Below are positions 1 through 15,361 of a stretch of 64,000 nt of DNA, piece after piece. The notes beneath the pieces were generated by a model. It saw only the letters and a program-made list of their open reading frames with translations, had not been told where the DNA came from and did no database searches. The stretch lies in NCBI GenBank assembly GCA_039096225.1, contig JBBPEB010000034.1, positions 496,001 to 560,000 of the forward strand. Reading direction: 5' to 3'. A program made the translations under genes and the position numbers. The stretch comes from Blastocystis sp. Blastoise (taxonomy: Eukaryota > Protista > Bigyra: Opalinata). The number at the start of each line of letters is the position of its first letter. The first letter of the stretch is position 1.

Positions 1-760
1 ATTAATGGAGAAATAACCACGGTTATACCTATTATAAAATAGAACTAGTAATAGATATAGATATATATATATACAGTTATAGAGAATAGTAGGTATTTGA
101 TAAACAAGAGATTTACCACCTCCCGTTGGAGCTATTAATAACTATATATATATGTATATTTATGTATATATATATATATATATTAATAGTAACATATAAT
201 AACATATAATAAGCATATAATAATAATAATAATAATAATATAATAATAATAATATATAATAAGCATATAATAATAATGTATATATACCCCATTATGTCCT
301 TGTATCATTTCATTAATTGCCCATAATTGTCCTTTTTTAAATGTGTGTATATTAAACACATGAGTAGCTATATAGTATACTTTCTTCTTCATATTATCAT
401 CTATACTCATATTCATATTGATGTCTTTCTGTAATTCTATATTATTATCTATAGTATTCTCTATAGTATTATCATCTATAGTAACATCTATATCTATATA
501 TTTATCTTCATATTCTTCTTCATTATCATCAGTCTCCTCAGAATTCCCGCGGTTATATTCATCACTTTCATCAAGAGTAGTTTCACTATCAGAATCATTT
601 ATTGGATAAAACGAATCATCTTCTATTTCTTCCAGATCCCCGTGGGAAGTCTTTGTGTTTTCTGAATTCGTGATAGAATTAGGAATAGTTTTTATTAGAG
701 GAGAAGCATTAGTATTATTATTTAACTCTATTATAGGTGTTGAAGATATATTTGTAGCGA

Positions 761-795
<35 letters not shown>

Positions 796-797
796 TG

Positions 798-885
<88 letters not shown>

Positions 886-3244
886 TTATTATTATTATTA
901 TTATTTAAAGAATTCGATAGGTCATAGTAAACATTCTTTTGAAGTCCTTCTTGGATGGATAATCCCCATGAATATAATCGATTTATAAGCTCTTCTTTCT
1001 TACCTCCAACGGGAATATGATATCGATGTAAGAGACGTTTTAATGCCGCATTCTATATAATAATAAATATATATATAATAATAATAATAAATATAAATAT
1101 AAATAATAAATATAAATAATAAATATAAATTATAAATATAAATAATAAACATAAATTATAAATATAAATTATAAATATAAATTATAAATATAAATTATAA
1201 ATAATTTAAAATATTAAATATAAATATATATAATAAATAATTTAAAAAATTAAATATAAATATAATAATAAATAATTAAAATAATAATAAATACAGTAAG
1301 TAAGTTCCATTGCGTTTTATATATATCTAAAATATTCATTTCTTTTGAATTTTCTTCATTAAATAATTTTGTGACTCCATCTTCTAATTCATCAGCCCAT
1401 TGGAAAAATTGACAACGTCCCTCATTCCAAGCTAACGGACAACAGAAAAATTCACGATTATGATTACGATTATGTTTTTTAACTTTACATAATTTTGCAG
1501 TTAATCCATGAGAACAAACAGGATATGTTGATGATAATGATAGAATAACCGCGGGAGTAGAGATAGATGTTTCTAGAGAGATAATTATATATATGTTCAC
1601 ATATATTATTTTTGAATAAAATAGAAAGAAAAAGAAATTATTGGTGAATATATATATATATATAGAGGAAAAAGAATATGAATATAAATAGTAATAGGTA
1701 TGTTATACGTGTGATAAAATGAATAACTATTAATGAATAATCATAATAATATAGTTCATAATATATATATATATCTAATAGACAGAATATTGATTTTTTA
1801 CATAGATTAATATATAACATTATATATATACTCATTTCTTTAATATGATCAATACATGCTAATATTTGATCACCATCTAATCCTTTACGCATAGGAATAT
1901 TACCGCGGTTATTCGATGAAATTGTATCTTCTTTATTTTGTTCATAGTCACTTGTTTGTGAATAAAAGTTGACTTTTGAGTCTAATGTATTTCTACGTTT
2001 AGATTTATGTTTTGATAATAATTTTCTCTTTAAATTTAATCGAATAAAATTATTAGAAATTAAACCATTTGAAGAAGTTCGAATAGAAGTAGATGCTTTA
2101 AAGAAATAAAAAAATATATTTAAAGAAATAAATAGGTATATAATTAAAAATCAATATATATATTTATAAATCAATATATATATTTATAAATCAATATATA
2201 TATTTATAAATCAATATATATATTTATAAATAAATATATATACCTCTTCTAGAAAGAACACTATTTGGACTTAAAATAAGTTTCTCTAGTTTCTCTGGTG
2301 AGGGACGTGGGGGTGTAGATAATAATGATGAAGAATCAATAGTTTTTATATTCTTATTTATTATATGATCATTAGAAATAAACATTGTATCACTATTAAT
2401 AAGATTATTATTACTAGACTTATTGTTATTATTATCATTAATAACTGAAATAGAATCATGAATAGAAGAATGAACATTTGATTGCATATCCTTTGAAACT
2501 ATAGAATTCCCGTGATTATTATCTGATTCTAGTGGAGATAGAGAGGGTTTTTCTTGATTTTGTGTATTATTTAAGTTTATAGAAGAATCAGGAATATATA
2601 ATCTTTTCTTATATACCGAAATAGATGACGATGAAATTAAATTAGAGTTATTTTGAGATTTATTATTTGAGTTTTTGGATACTACTTCTTCGTAAGTATC
2701 ATAATTCAATATGATTGGTTGTTGAGGTTGTTTCATTTGATTTGATTGGATATTCAAATTTTGGTTTTGAATATCATCTTCCTTATTAACAGTATTATTC
2801 ATATTAATTATATTAGTGTTATTTATATCCTTTTTCTTTTCATAATTATCTTTATTATTATCATTATCATTGATACTCTTATTACTAGTTCTTCTTTTTA
2901 TTATTTTCTCTTTATATAGTGATTTATATTCATTTATCGACATCTCTTCAACATCATCTATATAGGGGATATTATTATAATATATATTAAAAGTAATTTT
3001 ATATATATATATAATAGTAATGACGATATATATAGTAATAAAGATGATATTTATATATATATACCTAAAACACGTTTTTCTTTCTTCTTTTCTTCTTTTA
3101 AGGGTATATAATAGGTCCATGATGGTTGATCTTCAAGAGTATCTCTATCTTTACTATTATTATTATTATTATTATTATTTGAGATATTATTATTATTATT
3201 ATTATTATTATTTGAGATATTATTATTATTATTATTATTTGGGA

Positions 3245-3275
<31 letters not shown>

Positions 3276-4198
3276 TGAGATATTATTATTATCTTTATTA
3301 TTATTATTTGAGATATTATAACTATTATTATTACTATTATTATTTGAGATATTATTACTATCTTTATTATTATTAATATCACTTATAGAATCACTTTTAT
3401 CAGTTACTATAAAATTATAAATAATAATATGAATCTTATAATAATAAACAATAACATATTATATATACCTTTATTTGTATGTTGTATATATATATCAGGA
3501 TTTAATATAGAATCTCTTTCATTATCAATTTGAAAAGAATCATCATTATTTGATAATATATCATCATCTATGATAGCATTAGTAGTAGAAGGTCCAAATG
3601 TAAATCGTCTTGATGTTATAGAAGTTACTTGAGAAATTGAATGATTGAAAAGAGGTAATGATTTTCTATGAAGAAGAGGAGATGTCATAGATTGTTTTGA
3701 TGTCTGAAATTTTGTATCATCCTTTATAGAATAAAAATAAAGACTTTAGGTCAATATATATATATATGTAAATATACATCTTGAGAGAAAGAAGATCCGA
3801 AAGATGTCCGAGATTGTAATGACTTTATATAGTAGATAACTTTATTTTAAAATATAGATACTTTTCGTCTTGTTGGAAGCGTATTGATTTGAATATTTGT
3901 TTTAAATATACTTCCCGCGTCGATATGTTTTAGAGAACTATATTCAGATTATAAATAGATTGCTTAAAAAGTTACGTAATAGGTCTCTGAACACCATCAA
4001 CGGTTCGTATATCAGGAATCAAGTTTTGATTTGGAGAGATTTCTCTATAAGATATTAAAACAATTCCAATACTAATATACTCAATGGTTTTGATATCAGA
4101 TAAGGCATTTGAAAGTCTCTTTTTTGGTTCTTTCTTTTGTTTCGACGGCCTATGAATAAATGGCGTGAAATAATTTCAAATATATACCAGCTTTGCAT
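1..4198 (-). CDS. RECQL4: RECQL4-like RecQ helicase, 5' part (continues beyond left edge; >=12 GT-AG introns)
   Basis: Spliced: MQSWPSKQKK... start at 4198; RecQ4 motif SNNFIRLNLKRK (~2025-2060); GRF zinc finger CSHG...NHNREFFCCP...RCQFFQWADE (~1385-1520); SAP-like NAALKRLLHRYHIPVGGRKKELINRL (~975-1052); helicase motif 0 (FKKGQLWAI), motif I LIAPTGGGKSLVYQIP (~90-141) and motif Ia ITVVISPL (~3-28). Confidence 0.85.
763..905 (-). repeat. (AAT)n microsatellite encoding poly-Asn in a RecQ4 exon
   Basis: Long TAT run, in frame between the SAP-like segment and the acidic region on the minus strand. Confidence 0.85.
2149..2228. repeat. 20-bp intronic tandem repeat (AATCAATATATATATTTATA) x4
   Basis: Four consecutive copies inside a RecQ4 intron. 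Confidence 0.85.
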
Positions 4199-4419
4199 TT
4201 TCTTGCCTCTTGTTTACGATACAATGGATCTGATTTCAGAAAATAGTATATAGATAATGAAAAAAACAAATCTACAAAGAAAAAAGGAATAATTATGAAA
4301 AAATCATTTTATTGTATTGAAATCATCAATTAAATCATGTTTACATTTATAAAAAGCAACTGTCTTTTATTGTTACGATTCTTCAATTATTTATTGTTCG
4401 AATTTAATAACATAAGAAT

Positions 4420-5572
4420 ATGTTAAGTCGATCCATACAGTTGCAAAGATATATATGTATTCTATTGATATTGTTCTTGAATATACAGTTTTTTTGTTAG
4501 GTTTACGACGATTTCCTGAATTGTGTCGATCTCTTCAAACAGAGAATACTCTGATTGATTCTATGATATCAAAATCTACTGTTCATGGAGAAAAGATGAA
4601 TTATGATGTTGTGATTATTGGCGTAATTTTAGTATATTATATCATTATTGAGACTGAATAGGGTGGCCCATCAGGATTATCAACAGCAATTAAGTTGAAA
4701 CAAGAAGCTGAACGAATTCAACGAGAAATCAATGTTTGTGTAATAGAAAAGAGTGAACGAATAGGAAGTCATATATTAAGTGGCAATGTGTTTAATTCTA
4801 GATCCTTAGATGAACTTATTCCTAATTGGAAAGATAAAGTAAGTTCATTTCTTATCAATTTTTTTTTATTTATATTTATCATTTACTCTCTCTAAAGAAA
4901 GCTCCTGTAGAATATTTCGTTGAACAAGAACAAGTTTATTATATGACAAAGAAACATTCTTTTAGAATTCCAAAGATCTTACAACCTAATCAATTTGATA
5001 ATAAAGGAAATTATATTATTAGGTAATTATTATTATACTTTTTTTATTATTATTGTTTTAACTCAAATCTATATTGATTCATAAATTGATACTTACTCTT
5101 ATATATATACATATAGTTTAAGTTCATTAACACGTTGGCTTGGTACAGAAGCTGAAGAATTAGGTGTTGATATATTCACGGGAATATCTATTGATCAATT
5201 AGTATTGAATGAGAATAATCAATTATCAGGAGTTTATATGAAGTATATATAAAGCTATAAATATATGTTTTTATTATATATAATATTGAATATTTTTTAT
5301 TAAAATCAATTTATTTCAGTTTATATATTTATATACTTATATATTTAGAGATGATGATGGTCTATATATAGAAGGAAAATATATATGTTTAGCTGAAGGA
5401 GTAAATGGGGTATTTTCTAAGGTATATATACTTATTCATATTATTATTATATATACTTATTATTTATGATTAATATTATGTTTATTATTATTATATATAG
5501 GATATAATATCACATTATAATCTTCGAGATAAAAATAAAAAAGATAAATTTGCTTTAGGAATCAAAGAAGTA

Positions 5573-5608
<36 letters not shown>

Positions 5609-5752
5609 TATGGGAAATAGAGCCATTTTCCCACGGAAAAGTTGATAATTATCTAGGATATCCTATGTTCAGACAATTATCAGATAAAGTGTATATATAT
5701 ATATTTGGATATGTTAAATATATATTTTAGTATATTTATTGTTATATATTGA

Positions 5753-5806
<54 letters not shown>

Positions 5807-7325
5807 TATGGAGGTGGATATATATATTCTTTACCTCCAAATAAATTACTTGTTGGATATGTATATATATATATATATAATTCTTTATTTTATTATTATT
5901 ATTATATATATATAGATGGTAGGTTTAGATTATGAAAATACGTATATATCTCCTTATGAAGAATTTCAACTTTATAAACAACATCCAATTATATCAGAGA
6001 AACTAAAAGGAGGGAAACGAATTGAATTTGGCGCCAAATGTATTACAGAAGGAGGAGTTTATTCTGTATATATTATTATATATTATTATATATATTATAT
6101 ATTTAAAAATGTTATTCTTATTATATATATATAGATGCCTAAACCTATATTTCCAGGAGGATGTTTAGTTGGAGAGAGTGCCCGCCTTGTGGATCCATTT
6201 AAAATAAAAGGCGCGCATTTAGCTATTGAATCAGGGATTTTAGCTGGAAAAGCAATAGCTTCTGTATATATAACTATATATTGATTATTATACTCTATAA
6301 TTTTATATATATATAGGAATTATCTTCAACTTCACCAAATCCTTTATTATCTATATATGAAAATGAATTATATAATAGTACTATATATAAAGAAATGTAT
6401 AGAGGTAAAACGTCAAGACAATTATATACAAAGAATTTCTCATTAGCCGCTTTCTATACAGTATATATATATATTATTATATATATTATTATTATTATTA
6501 TTATTATCAGAGATATTATTATTATTATATATAGGGAACAATAGATCGTATATATGGATGGATATATAATTATATATATAAATATCATAAATTACCTTCT
6601 TCTCTTCCTCCTATATATACACGTGAAGATTGGGAATATACAAAACCTGCCGAGAAATGCACGAATAACCGTGATTATCAAACTTATAATGATGTATATA
6701 TATATATTCTCATTATGTTCTATATATATAGATAAATACATTTTCTCGCTCTTCTTCATTAGCATTATCTTCATTAAAATATGATGAGAATAATTCTACA
6801 CATATTCATATTTATGTATATATATATATATATAATATTCATACTCATTTCTATATACTAGATTAAATATATAAAATATATTCTATATATTATTATATTG
6901 AGTAATTACTTATCATTTATATATATATATATAGGATGATAACAATATAGAGAGTAATTATAATACATATAAAGGAATGGAAGAAAGAATGTGTCCTGCA
7001 GAAGTGTATATATATATATATAAAGTTTTTATTTTATACACATAAATACATATGAATATGCATATATATATATATTAGGCTTTTATTTTTATACATATAT
7101 AATTGTTTATTTTTATTATATCTATTTTATACATATAAATACAAATATATATATATATATAGTTATGAATATCGTAAAGATGAAAGTGATTCAAATATAA
7201 CAACACTATATATACATCCCTCAAACTGTCTTCATTGTCGGACGTGTACCGCCAAAGCTTGTGGCGGGAATATAAAATGGACTATTCCAAAACATGGAAA
7301 TGGACCGAATTATATAGATATGTAA
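4420..7325 (+). CDS. ETFDH: Electron transfer flavoprotein-ubiquinone oxidoreductase (15 GT-AG introns)
   Basis: Presequence-like MLSRSIQLQRYICLRRF; FAD motif YDVVIIGGGPSGLSTAIKLKQ; IGSHILSG; VGLDYENTYISPYEEFQ; KIKGAHLAIESG; [4Fe-4S] motif MCPAEVY...NCLHCRTC; ends GNGPNYIDM*. Confidence 0.95.
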
Positions 7326-8281
7326 TTATAAATATATATATTTTTTAAAGAGTCATTTTTATTAATATTCATTCTATATTAGTCTTTATTTTTATACTGA
7401 CGTGTAAAGTTTTTCATGAATATATATATATAAATATAAATATAAATATAAATATATATCGTTTATATCATAGACTATTGTCCATTATATACTGTTTGCT
7501 TTGTCTTATAACAATTCTTGAAAATCTATTTCTCTTTTTTATATATTTGATACTACTGTTAGAAATCGCTAAATAAATATATATATTTATAAATATTAAT
7601 TATAATCAATAAATCTTATTCACATAATTCATTATATATCTAAAGAATTCTTGTTAATAAAAAACAGATTTTTTCATAATTTTATATTTTTTCTACAAAT
7701 CTTCATAAGTAAAACCATTTATTTCTAGTTATCGGTTTATGTATACCAAACAATGAATTTAAATTATTTCCAAGATAAAATTAGAATATAATAAACATAT
7801 AATATTAGTTACTTTCATGAAAATTGAAATAGTTTCTTCAATAAGTGAAATTTAAAGGTACTTAGAATATTTTAAATCTATTTAAACAGAAGAATCAAGC
7901 TCCTTAAATAGTTAAATAAGAAACAAGATTTGATGTGACTATATTCTATATCTTTATATAATCATCGAATGAATTAAAAGAGGGCAACATACAACAACTA
8001 GAATATTGGCATACTGATTATATAAATAATGACAATATGCATGGGGAAAATACAATACAATTCTTTTATGTGTTTCGACACAAAATGATATTTCTGGGGC
8101 AACTTACACTAATTACCGTGGAAATATCCAAAAACCAATATTTTTTTAAATTAAAAAAATAATAATAATTCTTTATAATTTAGAGTAATCTCGCTGTATC
8201 TTAAATCTTTAGTGTAATTTCAATAATTTAAATAGGGATTAGCATATATATATAGAATATTTAGAAGAAAAGATACATGTC

Positions 8282-11200
8282 ATGTCACTAGTGAAGATAT
8301 ATCTCGATAAAATGCTTATAATAATGATGTTTTTAATATGTAAGATACATATATATTCATATTTGATAATAAGTTTAGCCATTGGAAAAACTGTTTTGAT
8401 TTGTGATCAATATGAAGTTATAATGGATGAGAGAGAATCTCCATTTCGTATTCACTGCGATTCTGATTCTGAATTACAAGTAGAACCTGTTTTATTAGAT
8501 TCTATTCATCTAATAAATAATACTCTTTTTGGTTATCTTCCAAAAAATATTGAACAAGTTGATTACACTATTTTTGACGATGAAGATCATGCACTTATTT
8601 CAATTGGATGTATGTTTTTTATTATAAATATTCTTTTATGTAGTTTTTTACTTATAATATCATTTTTATTGTATAAATATAATATTTATATAAAAATAAA
8701 TATATATAGATTATACAAATAATAATTATTTTATATCTCGTGATTCATATTATAAAATATTTGAAGGAATTGAAATACCCACTTTATTTTTTGTGTCTTT
8801 GGGATATATTCATGAATATTCTATTATTCCTTCATTACAAAATAATTTACATTTAGAAACTAATAAAGGAATAATAAATGGTATTACTTTATCATTTACA
8901 CAAAATATGCAAATGTATATTGTTCAAGCTATTATGTCTAATAATAATATTCAAATGACAAATTTCAATATTCATTATTTTAGTATATATATATATTATA
9001 TATTTTGTTAATTATTACTTTTATCAAATAATCATATATTATATTTTCAATATACATATATATATTGTTTTTAAATATAGGTCAATCACAACTAAATTCA
9101 AATCACATACATTCATTTTATTATTCTAATAGAATTCCTGTTGGATATAATTATCTTAATAATCATTGGTTACTGTTTCAAAAACCCTCTTCTGCACTTT
9201 ATGAGAATTGTTATTATATAAATAATTATTATATGCAGACATATATATTTGATAATATACTGGAAAACTATTATAATTCGTATATATTTATATTTATGTA
9301 ATATATATATATATATTTATATATATATATCTATTATTTATTATTACATTCATTTATTAATAATATAATAATATAATAATATAAGTATAATAATTTAACA
9401 ATATAATATATAATAATAACATATATATAGTTTAACAAATATTTTATTTACAGTATCATTTGAAGGTTATATAACTGTTTCAAAACCATTTTATTATATA
9501 TTTAATTTGACTACCAATCAGAGCGCATCTTTATATATAAATAATCATTTAATACTCTATAAAAATATAGAAGAAGATATCCATTATGTAGGACCTAAAG
9601 AAATCTATTTATCAGGAACATTACCTTATGTATTAATATATTCAACTTCTTTTATTTCTGTATATCAACATAATATGAATAATTTCAAACAATTTCAGAA
9701 GAATTCAGAGAAAAATCATTCATATAAACAAAATATTACATTATCATTCAATTCTATAAATACTCTTTATTTTGATTCTAAGAATTCTTCCTATTCCCGT
9801 GAATATTTCAATAAATATTTTTCATCATCAGATCCATTAACATTATCATTTTCATGTTCTCCTTCTTTTACAATAAATTTTCTTCATAATTCGATATTAT
9901 TATATAAAAATGAAACTATGATTTCAAATCCATTACAACCGTTAATTATGTTTGATTCTATTTATTTTGCTAAACCTGTATTACCGCGGGGAATATTATA
10001 TAATTTAGGTTGTTTAACAGGTATTCCTAGAGTTACAATTCCAAAAACATTGTTTACTCTTGGTTTTAAATTATATAATACTGTTATTAATGTTACTGTA
10101 GAAATTGAAATTATTGGTATGTAAATATATTATTATTGTTATTATTATTTTAGTAGTTATTATTTTTTTATTATTTATTATTATTATATATATAATATAT
10201 ATTAATTATATATAGATACTGTTCAACAACAGTTAACTGAGTTATACGTTATGTCTTACGATTATAAACCTATAACTCAAATTGTGAATTATATATATAA
10301 TGATACTTCAATATATTATATTCAAGGAAATCATAATTTAACAAATGCTATTATTATTCCCTCTTCTCCATTATCGATAGTATTATTAAAAACAGGTTTT
10401 GAACTAAGTATTAATAATCTTTATGAGATTAAACCGTTTAAGTATATATTAGTTAATTATTATTTTTATTATTATTATTATTATTTTATTTTATAGATTT
10501 TTGTTTTTATTAATAATTATTGTAGAATTATTTATTTATATAATATATATAACTATATATATATAACTATATATATATAGTTATACTATAAGAGGTTGTA
10601 ATGAATATGGATGTATAAATACTTATTTATATGTACATATATATACATGTCAATTTCCAGATATGATGATGATTTCATTTGGTCAATTTTCTATGGGATC
10701 TATATATATTTATCAAGGGTACATATATATATATGTATTCTTTATGTTTTTTTTCTTTGTTTAATTATAAAAAATAATATTTTATATAGAATATTTTTTT
10801 ATTGTTTATATAATATAGATATCATTTTTTTGTTTAACTACAAAAATAATATTTTATTTAAAATAATATTTATTTTCCTCTTATATATATATAGTAATAA
10901 TGATATTCCTATTGATATTGTTACCCCTTCTTCTTATTATACACAGATATGTGTACCTCTTATTGAAACAGATTTATTTTATATTAATTCCGCTGAGTAT
11001 ATGTTATATATATATTATAATTATAATATTATTATATATATATAATATATGTTATCTATATATTATAATTATAATATTATTATATATATATAATATTATA
11101 TATATATATATTATAATTATAATATTATTACATACACTATATATATATAATATATGTTATCTATATATTATAGATCCCTTGAATATTCTACACGTCCTAC

Positions 11201-11353
11201 ATTATTTATGTCTTCAGGATTATTTTTACCAGCAATAAATAATAAAGATACATTTTATACTCAATTACATTTTTATTTAAGTATATATATATATATTTAT
11301 TATTATATATATATTATTATTATATATGTATATATATTGATTATACAAAAAAA

Positions 11354-11392
<39 letters not shown>

Positions 11393-14099
11393 TCAAATAG
11401 ATATAGCTTTTATATATGCAAAACAATCCTTATTTCGTATAGCTAATAATATTCAACAATATATAAATCCATTTATTTTCTTATCTCCCTTTCGTTATAT
11501 ATCTATATATCCTTCTCCTTCTCTTGGTGTATATGTATTACAATATGGAAGTATATTATTTGGAAAATTTTATACTCCTGGTATTACTATATATCATTCT
11601 ATATATACAAATTATCAATGTATTTTTGCAATCTCATTTGTTGTAGATGTTGTTAGTATATATAATATATATTATTACTATACTATTTTCTAATGAATAA
11701 TAATATTCTTATTATATATATATATATATATATAGAATATAATAAAGATGAATCTTTAGATGATATTTATATTAATACACATCTATACCGTGCATCCTTT
11801 TTCCCATGGGAATCTATCTCTATATATACATATAAAGAAAAACAAAATAATTTTACTACTACAACTACTATATATAATTGGACATCTACTGCTCGTGTTG
11901 TTGAAGATACTATTATTATTGAATATATAAATAATAATACAGATATCTATACTAATGACTCTATTACTCCTTCTCCTCTTTATATATATACTGATACTCA
12001 ATTTATTGGAATTATTGAGATTCCCACAAATACTCCTTATTATTCTACTGTAATTCATATTTCTCCCATGTTAAAGAAATATCAAAATTGTATATTATAT
12101 AATACTGTGAATGAACCTTCTTCGAATTGGAATCACGTGTATTTTGATTATTCTGATTGGTCAGAAGTTTCTTTTAATTACCAAGGGAATATGAATGGAA
12201 TAACTAGTTATTTTCGATATACATTTACTATCAATATATTAAATACATTAATAGGTATTGAATATGAATTGTATACACAATTTGGATTTATATTATATAT
12301 TAATGGTCATGAAATTAGAAGAGAAATGTTACCTAAGAATAAAAATATTACTTATTCAACTTATTCTACTAGTTTTTATAATAATAATAATCATGATTAT
12401 ATAGGGTATATATATTTTTTAATTTATTAGTTATTATTATTATAGATTATTATTATATATTATAGTTATTACATTTATTATTATAGATTATTCTTATGTA
12501 TATTATATAGTGGTATATTATCAACCGATTTCTTCACTTATGGAACTAATATATTTGCATATGAAATTCATCGTTTTTTCGGTATAACAAATGTTTATGG
12601 CCCTCTTCAACCCATATCTCAAGTCAAGCCATTTCCTTTTCCTCATAATAATATGTATATGAATAATATAAATAATAATATAAATATGAATAATATGAAT
12701 AATATGAATAATAATATAAATATTATTAATATGAATAATAATATAAATATTATTAATATGAATATGAATAATATGAATATAAATAATAATATAAATAATA
12801 ATATGAATATAAATAATAATATTAAAAAAAATATGAATATTAATAATATAAATGATAATAATCAAATTCAGAGTGATCATTCTATATCAAGATCTACTAT
12901 AAATATTAATGATACTATTCATTTGAATGATTCATATATTCTTAATGATCCATATCCAATACATATATATACAGATATTAGTGCTCATTCTATTAATGGA
13001 AATTGCACATTAAGATCTATATATGGAAATACTGATAATTATGTATATATATATTTATTATTTTCATTTCTATATATTCTTTTGTTTATTTTTTTATAAA
13101 TTTATATATATACTTATATATATATAGACACAACCATTATTTAATATATATAATAAAGATACTTTGAATTATATATATACATCCACTTCTCCTCTTCCTG
13201 TTTATATTAATTATACCTATAATCAATATAAACATGAATATATAAATAAAGTTATTATACAAATACCTTATATAAATAATAATAATGTAAATAAAAATAT
13301 ACAATCTATATCTATTACTGTTCCTGAATATATACAAATACAAGCAAGTAATGATGATGATGATAATAATAATACTAATAATTGGACTACTCTTTATTCT
13401 ATAAATAAAAAAGGATACTTTGAACAACAATTATTTACTTATATATTTTATATTGAACCTTATTCAATAGATTATCGATATTATCGTATTGCTATTTTAT
13501 GTATATATATATTTCTATATTTTTTCATTATTATTAATAACAATATCTATATATATATATAGCTACTAGTGATACTTTATCATCCTCATTTTCAATTTCA
13601 TTCGTTGGCTTTTATTTGTGTCGACGACTCACGTGCCCTACTGAAGGTATTTGGAATTCTATTTCTGTGGGTGAAACACAAATAGCTTCTTGTGATGATT
13701 CTTATAAAGGATATATGTACAGAAAATGTACGGAGACCTATATATCAGATACAATTGGATACATAACATCATGGGAAGATATTGATAGAAGTGGATGCTG
13801 TATATATATATATATATATATATATTATTATGATTATGATTATTATATATCTATAGTGTCTACTTTACCTCCATATTTCGTGAGTTATTTGGATACCACT
13901 ATATGTATACATAATATATTACCTTATTTCTATAATATATATATTAATCCATATATAAAAGAACTCTATATGAATATATTAGAGATTTCTTCAGACAATA
14001 TTATTATTCATCAAATTATTGACTGTTCTATACCGGTATATATATTATTATTAACATATGTATATATTATAATTAACATAGATGTTGTTTATAATATAT

Positions 14100-14140
<41 letters not shown>

Positions 14141-15361
14141 ACAACATATATATAGTTAGAATCTCGTACATGTATTGTATTTCGATTGATTACTAATTAT
14201 TATCAATCACAAAAATATTATGAGATTCTAAAAGAGAATGAACATCAATATACATCATTATTCATTCAAATACTAAGAAGTCATCAGTTATTTAATAATA
14301 ATACTTATTATTCTTCTATTTCTATCTCTATATATAATGATTTAATATTATCAAATCTATCTCAAAATCATTATATAACTCTATATATATTAATAAGTAT
14401 TATTATTGGTTCTATACTATTTATTATTTTTATTATATATATTATTCGTTGGACAATTCAAAGAAATAAAAAATATAAGTATATATCAATATATTAGTTT
14501 CTTTATATATATTATTATATATATAGACAATCAAATAAATCAATTATGGAAAAGAAATCCATATTGTATATCTATTTATTTTATTCTCGCTTTTTAATAA
14601 TTATTATATATATAGTTATTTTTTTAAAAAACAAACACAAGATGATATATTTTCTATGTATATATATATATATATAATATTATTTATTTCTTTATAGGCC
14701 TCTTATTCCCACGGGAAACACTACATTATCATATCATATTATTCATGATATTCCAAATATAAATACTAAATTGAATCCTATAGAATCTATTAAGAATAAA
14801 GAGACTATATTCAATAATATATATAATTATAAAGACTCTTCTTGTAATTCATTAGTATCATCTTCTATAATTAATACTTCTGTGAATGAAACATATTCTA
14901 CTGATAAGAATTCGAAAGAACAAGACAATCATGTGACGAAGTCTATATCACAGGATGAATTGATTAAACAAAAAAATTGTATTCAAAATAATTATATTCA
15001 AAATAATTATATTCAAAATAATTATATTCAAAATAATCATATTCAAAATAATTATATTCAAAATAATCATATTCAAAATAATTATATTCAAAATAATTAT
15101 ATTCAAAATAATCATATTCAAAATATTAATAGTTTATCTGTGCATAATACTAACAATATATCTTCATCATCTTTTACAACTTCAAATAAACAAAATAATA
15201 ATTATAATAAATATTCAACAATTTATTCACCAAATCAAGATGATACTCAATTTAATATATCAAAATATTTACCTTCTGTTATTTCTTCTCCTTTTTCATC
15301 TTCATCATCTTCTTCTTCAGTTTCTCCTTCTACTGCATGTATATCTAAAAAAATAAAATAA
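8282..15361 (+). CDS. Large secreted/type-I membrane surface protein (PA14/Ig-like and carbohydrate-binding-like segments, Cys-rich CPxEGxW module, one TM helix, Ser/Asn-rich tail; ~19 introns)
   Basis: One continuous frame after GT-AG splicing; signal-like MLIIMMFLISIG (ATG 8312); YFRYTF...GFILYINGHEIRREMLP; CPTEGIWNSISVGETQIASCDDSYKGYMYRKC...WEDIDRSGC; TM LYILISIIIGSILFIIFIIYII followed by RWTIQRNKK. Confidence 0.75.
14981..15124 (+). repeat. 15-bp coding tandem repeat, IQNN(Y/H) x9+
   Basis: ATTCAAAATAAT(T/C)AT units in the last exon. Confidence 0.9.
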
